A model generated the notes under the pieces. The model had not been told where the DNA came from, ran no database searches, and was given only the letters and a program-made list of their open reading frames with translations. 64,000 nt of DNA, taken from NCBI GenBank assembly GCA_001643675.2, contig LSRY02000074.1, forward strand, positions 1 to 64,000. The letters are read 5' to 3'. The DNA is from Monocercomonoides exilis PA203 (taxonomy: Eukaryota; Protista; Preaxostyla). Made by a program: the position numbers and the translations under genes. Shown here in pieces: positions 51,544-64,000 of the stretch. Numbering within the stretch: position 1 is the first letter of the stretch; each line of letters starts with the position of its first letter.

Positions 51544-52567
51544 TAAACAGGCATCTCATGATGACTTTCGCTTGTATTAATTGGTTTGTATTCATTCTGC
51601 TTTAAGTGGCAACTAAATTGTCTGTAAGAATAAGCAATGCAAAATTGTGCTTTAAAAACGATAAATTTCAAAAAAAACAGCTGCAATAAGAGTGTACAAA
51701 CCAGCATAATATGTGATCATAACAATGTAGCTTCTAAGTGCTACTCCTTTTGGCAGGCACATGCCAAAAACAAGAACAGTGTCAGAAATATAAAAAAGTA
51801 ATGATCCAAAAACTCCAATTGATCGACAAGTTCTATCACAACGCAAACAAGAAAATGTTTTGAAATAAAAATTTAGCAAATACAAACTGACATCGTGCAG
51901 GCTCATTGGGAATCAGCATCATTGTCATTACCAATCCACCTTCAACAATAAAATATATAATGACAAATGGAATAAACAAGGCAGGTTGTTTAAAATATCT
52001 GAGGTTGATGAACATTTGAATTACAGCAAATGACACAACGGCAATAGCACCAAGAATAATTTTGTGGATATGAGGAAAAGGTTTTGTTGGGAAGAATGCA
52101 ATAATATAAAATACATGTCCCGTCAAAAAGGAAACTGTTCCAAAGCCAAGGAAAATAATTCCTTCAAAAAGAAGCAAGATGTCACCAAGAGCTCCAAATG
52201 CTATACCAAGTAATATCAATGCTTTGAAAAATTGAAAAAAATTAACAATTAAAAAAAGAAGAAAAAGAAGAATTCAAACGTTTAAATCTCTTTGGTTGGG
52301 CTGTTTGCTGCACAGGGCAAGGAAGGAGCTTGTCCCATAAAAACCAAACAAGAGGTATCAATAATAACAGCGGTATTGCTTTTGTCGCTGCGCGAAGAGC
52401 AAAAATATTCAATTCCGCACCAACAAGATAGCAAACTTCAAAAGAAAAGAGAACTTTCATAAAAATATGATTAAATTTTTAATAATAAAACTTGCTAAAA
52501 TAAGTTGAACAGCATAGATTACAACAGTTATCACAAAATATTGTTTTTTATTTTGATCGATTGTCAT
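51544..52567 (-). CDS. YhhN/TMEM86 family membrane protein (lysoplasmalogenase-like)
   Basis: ATKAIPLL, GIAFGALGDILLL, SFLTGHVFY, GSLLFYISD and VMITYYAG motifs over several exons. The 3' end is approximate. Confidence 0.85.
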
Positions 52568-53979
52568 GTTTTCAGTTATATATTTGATCAATTATTTTTT
52601 TTCGACTGTCAAAAAATGATTGTTGTGATATACGAACATCATTTGTTGTGATTATTCTCTCTCTTTCTCTCTCTTTAAACTTCTGTTATTGAATTATGAT
52701 TATTATTTTTGAATTCGACCTCAAAGTGTTTTGAGTTTTGTTTTTTTTAATTTGATTCGGAAATAATATTCTCAAAAAAATGAAATAGAAAATGAAAATG
52801 GGTTAATTTTATCAGCTTAGTGATTGAAAATAGAATAATAAAGTATCGAACATATTCAAAGATTTGTAACAAATTTTTTATTAAAAAGTATCATTACCAA
52901 CAGAGAACACGTTACGCAAAACGAATACTAGAGAAAAACACTTAAATATTTGTGACAAATTGCAGAGTGCGAAAGCATTAATCAACCCGTAAAATAAAAA
53001 AAACAAACAAAATCAACAATAAACACATTATTTTTATTAATTTTATTTTGATTTTTATTTTGATTTTGATTATTATTATTTCGAAAACATTTATGAAACA
53101 GATGAAAGTGGAAAAAAAAATAAATTTATACCAAACTTTTTAACAAAATTTCCAAAAACTTCCAAAAAATGGTGAAATTATTGCATCATATGCTAAAAAA
53201 AATCGCAAACAGCAAAACTTTGATGCTAATCTATAAAATTCCTTTCTTTTTGTCAAAAGAAATTTTAAATTCAAAAAAAAAGAAAAGAAAAAAAGAAATT
53301 AAAAAAAGAAATTATTTTTTTTTCTCAGATTATTTAACCAACAAGAAGAATAATTGACAAATCAAACAGAAAGAATAAAATAATAAGAAGATTGCAGAAT
53401 AATGAAAACAGTTATCAAAAAAAAAAAAAAAAAAAAAAAAATAAATAATGTGTAAATATTTAAATATTAACTTAAGAAAATACATCCAAAACAAATAATA
53501 TGTAATTGAAAGGAAAAAGAAAAATTTTATTTTAACTTTTTTTTAATTTTATTATTCGAATTTCAGAAATAAATAAAAATTTAATTAAATTCAAACAAAA
53601 CAAAATGAAATAAAAAAGAAAAAAAAAATGAAATAATTTTGTGAGAGTTGATTTAAATGACTTTGACAAAGCAACAAAGAAAGAGTAAAAAGATAATGCA
53701 ACAGATAATATTTGTCATTCAACATACAAAACAAGAATTAAAGAACATAAAAAGAAAGAGAGAAAGAATAAAGAGAAAGAGAAAGAATAAAGAGAAAGAG
53801 AAAAGAAAAGTAAAAATCAAACAATAATAGAAGAAGAAGAAGAAGAAGAAGAAAATAATGATGATGCAGAAGAAGAAATAGAAGAAGAAATAGAAATTTG
53901 ATGTTAACATTATTTCTTTCACACAAACTATCTCAATCCCCAAAAAAATTAAACACATAAAAAAATTAAAAAAAAGAAA

Positions 53980-53980
<1 letters not shown>

Positions 53981-54010
<30 letters not shown>

Positions 54011-54077
54011 AAGAAGAAGAAGAAGAAGAAGAAGAAGAAGAAGAAGAAGAAGAAGAAGAAGAAGAAGAAGAAGAAGA
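53981..54077. repeat. (GAA)n microsatellite, about 32 units
   Basis: Directly visible. Confidence 0.97.
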
Positions 54078-54404
54078 TAAAAAGAAATAAGATATTCCAA
54101 ATATTCAATGAACATATTTGCATCATCATTATCATCATAATCATAACCATCATAATCAGAAGACATCATTAACAATAATATTTCTATTACTCCATTCATA
54201 AAACATGCTTTCCAAATTGATTCAGAGCAGAAAGAAAGAAAGAAAGGCAATGATAAAATGTAATGATGATGAATGATTAATAAACCATAATTAACAATTC
54301 ATAATTAGCAACCAATAATTCATAATTCATAATTCTAAATTCATAATCCAAATAATACTCCATTCAAAAAAAATTTATAAAAAAATCTCTTCAACAAAAA
54401 TGAG

Positions 54405-54497
54405 AGAGAAAGAGAAAGAGAAAGAGAGAAAGAGAGAAAGAGAGAAAGAGAGAAAGAGAGAAAGAGAGAAAGAGAGAAAGAGAGAAAGAGAGAAAGA
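54405..54497. repeat. (AGAGAAAG)n tandem repeat
   Basis: Directly visible. Confidence 0.9.
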
Positions 54498-54767
54498 AAT
54501 AGAAATGTTCCAATAAAACTATTTCGTTTCATTCAACAATTGATGCAATTCTAACATTTTCTCCCTTTCCTTTTTCGTCCAATATAAAATCCATCATGTT
54601 TATTTGACAATATGTTAATATGAATATGAATATTGTATTTATTTCATTGTATTTTATTTTATTTAACCTCTGATAATGCAATATTCATTTAATTATCATT
54701 CTTCTCCATCTTCTCTTCTCTTTTCTTCTTCTTCTTCTTTCTCTTTCTCTTTCTCTTTCTCTTTCTC

Positions 54768-59029
<4,262 letters not shown>

Positions 59030-59389
59030 CTTTTATTTTGAAAGAGACGCCGAAAGTATCAAATGAGTGATCCAACTTCCATTATTGTTTAAAATCTTTA
59101 TTGTTTTTGTTTCAAGACGTTTCTTATTTTTTTTTTCCTTTTCTTTTCAATTGCGATTTGAAAGCCTACAAAAAACGTTGATGAAAATTGTTTGCGTTCA
59201 TGACTTTTGAATTTTATTTCTTTGAAAGAAAAACAACTTTTTTTGTAGAAGAATGTTTTTCACAATAAAATAAAAAGTAAAACATAACAAATATTTCGAA
59301 TAAAATATTAAATTGACCTTTCAGTTCAAAATAATCATCAGACGAATATTTTTTTTTGTTATTTAAAACATATTTAGGAAAATACTTCC

Positions 59390-62300
59390 ATATTGAAAAT
59401 TTAAAATCCTATCTCATTCTTCTCTCCAATTCTCCGCTCTCTCAATAAACTCGTTGCTCCTCATCAACGCTCCTGCAGAAAAAAAAAGGCAAAACTCTTG
59501 ATTTTATCCATGGATTCAACTGGAATGCAAACATTTCCCACTTCATCCATTTCTTTGTTCTTCAATCATCTTTTTGAAATGCACTTGTACCATCTCTTCA
59601 AACTCCTCATTTTTTGGAAGAAGCATTTTGATTGTTTTCTTACAAAAATAATTTTAATAAGAAAAAAAAAAATTGATAAAAAATGTTTGATTTGCTTCAA
59701 TACAGTTTTATATTTTGACGTGAAACGTTTCAATGAATATGAAATTCCAATGGCTCCAAACGTGCTTTCGAACGAACTGCTCCAAAATGCTCGCACACAA
59801 ACACCTCCCTCTCTTCACCTCTTTCTTTCTTGCAGCTCAACAAAGCACTCAATAACAACAGAATGATGGACTCTTTGTCAAAAGCACACAACAGTCAAAT
59901 AAAGAAAAGATAAAAGAATGCACTATATAATTTCTTCTTAATAAAAAAAGAAAGAAAAAAGGATGTTGAAGAAGAAGAAGAAGAAGAAGAAAACAAAAAC
60001 AAAAACAAAAATGAAATAGATATTCCATTCTTGCTGTTTTGCATCTTCCATCTTGCACTTAGTTCATCTTCTTCTCCATCACAAACATCTGCAGCATCCG
60101 GTGTGTCACAATGAACCCACCAAACACGTTGATCGACGCCAGGAACACTGACACCGCCCCAACACAGAAGCACACCCCCAGGAACGGCGCTGTCAGCTCC
60201 ACAATTCCTCCGCAGATGATGATCCCAGACACCGCATTCGTCACCGACATCAGCGGCGTGTGCAGCGACGGCGTCACATTCCAGATCACCATGAACCCAA
60301 TGTAGATCGCAAACACAAAGATCACAATCAGGTTCAGCATCTCCGTCGTCATGAACACCGCCAGAATCAGAATCCCCACCACAAACACCACAAACAGCGT
60401 CCACTTGAAGTAGAAGAACCATCCCTTCGACTTCTTCTCCTCTTCTCCTCCTGCTGGCGCATGCAATGATTGCTCCTCTTTCTTCTCTGTTGTTGTTGCT
60501 GCTGCTGCCACTGGTGCTGCTGGTGTGGCTGGCTTTGCTGCTCCTGCTGCTGCTGCTCCGGCTGGCTTCTTCTGTGCCGTCACCGAAACTGGCTTCCTGT
60601 TCGGATCCCATCGGATCTTCCCCTGGATCACACACAGCGACCCATAGATGATCTCGTTCTTCTCATCCACCGAGAAGTTCTGCGCCTTCCCCATCTCGTC
60701 CAGCAGGTGGCACAGGTTGTTCGAGTACATCGTCGATGCCTGCGTCGCCATCTTCCCCACCAGATCGGTCTCTCCCACAATCTTCACGCCGTTCGACACA
60801 TCAATCGTCTTCCCAGGCACTGTCAGCTCGCAGTTCCCTCCCGTCTCTGCCGCCAGATCCACAATCACCGACCCTGCCTTCATCTTCGACACCGCCTCTG
60901 CCGTCACCAGCACCGGCGCCTTCTTGTTCGGGATCTGCGCCGTCGTGATGATGATGTCCACCTCTTCCGCCTGCCGCGTGAACAGCGCTATCTCCTCACG
61001 CACATACGCCTCCGACATCGCCTTCGAGTATCCTCCCGCCACTTCTCCGTCCTCCTTCACACTCACCGTCAGGAACTCTCCCCCCATCGACTCTATCTGC
61101 TCCTGCACCGCCACACGCGAGTCAAACGCCCGCACAATCGCTCCCAGCCCCTTCGCTGCTCCAATCGCTGCCAGCCCAGCCACACCCGCCCCAACAATCA
61201 GCACCTTCGCCGGCTTCACCGACCCCGCTGCCGTGATCTGCCCTGTCATGTACCGCGGGAAATACGACGCCGCCTCAATCACTGCTCGGTATCCCGAGAT
61301 CCCGGCCATCGACGACAGCACATCGCACTTCTGCGCACGCGAGATACGCGGAATCTGGTCCATCGCAATCGCCGTCACCCCTGCCTTCTCCATCTCCTTC
61401 ATCACCTCCCCATTCCGCGCCGGGTACAGGTACGACAGAATCACTGTCCCCTGCCGCATCAGCTGGCACTCGTTCACCTTGTACACCGGGTGCTCCTGCG
61501 GCGGACGCACCTTCAGCACAATCTCTGCCTTCTTGTACAGCTCCTCCGCATTCGGGCAGATCGTCGCCCCAACCTTCACATAGTCCTCGTCGCTGAACCG
61601 CGAGTGCTCTCCTGCCCCGCTCTCAATGTACACTCCAAAGCCCATCTTCCTCATCCACACAACAGACTCCGGCGTCGCTGCCACACGCCTCTCCCCTCCA
61701 AACACCTCCTTCGGCACCCCCACAAAGTGCACCGGATCAGGGAACTTCTCCTGCGTCTGGTATCCTGCCTTCTCCTCCTGCTTCAGCGGCGTCGTCTCGT
61801 CCACCTTCGGCGCTGCTGCTGCCACCGCCGACGAGTCTCCCAGGATCCCCGTCAGGTTCGCCAGCATCTTCTCGCACACCGCCAGCGCATTCCCATACAG
61901 CATCCGCGTGTTCTCTTTGTAGAACAGCGGGTTCTCCACACCCGCATATCCTGTTCCCTTCCCTCTCTTGATCACTATCACGTTCTTCGCCTTCCAGCAC
62001 TCCACCACCGGCATCCCTGCAATCGGCGAGTTCGGGTCGTCCAGCGCTGACGGGTTCACAATGTCGTTCGCTCCAAGCACAATCGCCAGATCTGTCGACG
62101 GGAAGTCGGGGTTGATCTTCTCCATCTCCATCACAATGTCATACGGCACACGCGCCTCTGCCAGCAGCACATTCATGTGCCCCGGCAGACGCCCGGCCAC
62201 TGGATGCACTGCAAACCGCAGGTTGCACCCGTGCTTCCTCATCAGCTTCGTGATCGCTGCCACTGCATGCTGCGCCTTTCCCGCTGCCATCCCATACCCC

Positions 62301-64000
62301 GGCACAATGATAATCGACTTCGACTTCGCCACCAGCTGCGCTGCATCCATCGGCTGGATCTCCTTCATCTCTCCCTCCACTGCTGCTGCCGCCGCTGCTC
62401 CTCCTGCCCCTTCTCCAAACCCGCCCAGAATCACAGAGATGAACGACCGGTTCATCGCCCGGCACATGATGTACGACAGGATCGCACCCGACGACCCCAC
62501 CAGCGCCCCCGTCACCACCATCACCATGTTGCTCAGCATCAGCCCCGACATCGCCGTCGCCCACCCGCTGTACGAGTTCAGCATCGATATCACCACCGGC
62601 ATGTCTGCTCCCCCGATCGCCATGATCAGCACCACCCCCAGCACCAGAGACAGCACCGTCCCCACCGTCAGGTTCATCAGGTCCCACCCCCACGACAGCC
62701 CATACATGTACAGCATCATGCACACCAAAGAGATCCCAATGATGCCCCCGTTGATCCACATCCGGTACTTCCCCCCAAACATGTACGGCTTCGACGGCAC
62801 CTTCCCGTTCAGCTTCCCAAACGCAATCAGCGACCCCGTGAACGTCACTGCCCCAATGAAGATCCCCAGGAAGCACTCCAGCCGCTGCAGCCCCACGTTG
62901 AACGTCCCTTCCGCATGCTCGTCGTTGAAGAAGCTCCCGTACCCAATCAGCGTCGCCGCCAGCCCCACAAACGAGTGCAGGCACGCAATCAGCTCCGGCA
63001 TCGCCGTCATCACCACACGCAGCGCCACATACACCCCGATCGACGCTCCCGGGATAATCATCAGCACAATCGTCCCCAGAATCTTCCAGATGTCTGCCCC
63101 CTTCGCTGTCGCATCGTGCCACGCATCAACCGTCGCCAGCGCCACGCCAAACATCATCCCAATCACGCCGTACCAGTTTCCTTTCTTCGCACTCTCCTGG
63201 TTGCTCAATCCGCTGAATTGAACCATTCACCATTTTTTTTCATTAACATTGTTCGTGTTTCGTGTTTCGTGTGTCCAGATGCAGAACAGCCCACACGTGC
63301 AAATCGTTCGCAGGATGCGTTTGTTTCGCCAGGTTCGTCGATTGAAGGAGGCGTTTTTATCATTTGTTGGTTGTTTGGTTGTTTGTTCGAGTCGCCACAA
63401 AAGTCAGCACAGAACACAAACCACAGCCGCGCCGCACGCCACACCACCCCCAAGCGCAAGCACACAAGAAAAGACACAAAAAACAACAAAATGAATTTCA
63501 GCCCAAACACGCCCCCACCAGCCCCAAAGAGCTGCCGAAGGCGCTAAACACCACAGCCACACACCTCAGCGTCATGATGAAAAACAGCGCCGCAATCATG
63601 TACCCTGCCATGATCACGTTGCCGTAGTTCCACTCTTGCTCCGCCGTTTCTGCCAATACTTGTGCAAGCATTTTGATCCTTTCAAACAAAGATCCAAACA
63701 ATTTCGCCCCTTCCGCCCCGCCCCTCCCATACTCCAACTCCTTCATCCAATATTTTTTTCTGTTTTTTCTGTTCCACCATATCCTGTTAACTGAGCATGC
63801 CGCACAGCCTGTGCTGCTTCTTGTGGTGTTGTGAGTGTTTTGTGTTTTGTTGGGAACAATTGCACGTGAGTGTGGGCGTGATGATCATTCTGATCAAGAG
63901 AACAAAAGAAAATGGACTTTTCTCGATATGCGATGGCTGACGGGTGCAGAAAGTGTGGTGGCACCTTTTTTGTTAATTTATGAGTGGAATGGAAGGGACA
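59390..64000 (-). repeat. Right arm of the inverted segmental duplication (continues beyond the window)
   Basis: Reverse complement of 32094-36705 with scattered substitutions and indels. Confidence 0.95.
60059..63671 (-). CDS. NNT: NAD(P)+ transhydrogenase, beta-alpha fusion, copy 2
   Basis: Exon 1 63671-63565, intron 63564-63213, exon 2 63212-60059. The exon-2 translation appears to match copy 1 except in the Ala linker (AAAAAAT vs AAAATT). Confidence 0.97.

Overview
Eukaryotic genomic DNA. It has AT-rich intergenic regions and short spliceosomal introns, GC-rich exon islands and poly-S/E low-complexity coding tracts, and it uses the standard code (conserved genes end in TAA/TGA). The style and a lineage-restricted 'KEVEMALLALS' gene family suggest an oxymonad such as Monocercomonoides; this is an inference from memory, not a search. 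Genes: TPR co-chaperone-like protein, R3H+G-patch protein, tRNA-Cys(GCA), EFM4/METTL10 methyltransferase, a small secreted protein, cytosolic Hsp70, a large helical protein, a divergent ubiquitin-like protein, two inverted near-identical beta-alpha fused NAD(P) transhydrogenases, a prominin/Tweety-like 5-TM protein, PHO80-type cyclin, TMF1-like golgin, YhhN lysoplasmalogenase and Yak1/DYRK kinase. The clearest structural discovery is two apparently identical 491-bp TIR elements in inverted orientation (22000-22490 and 29340-29830). Their 8-bp target-site duplications are swapped between copies, which records an inversion of the 6.85 kb between them. That segment also carries a decayed pogo-type transposase and a second MITE. 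Exon boundaries were read by eye and are approximate where stated.
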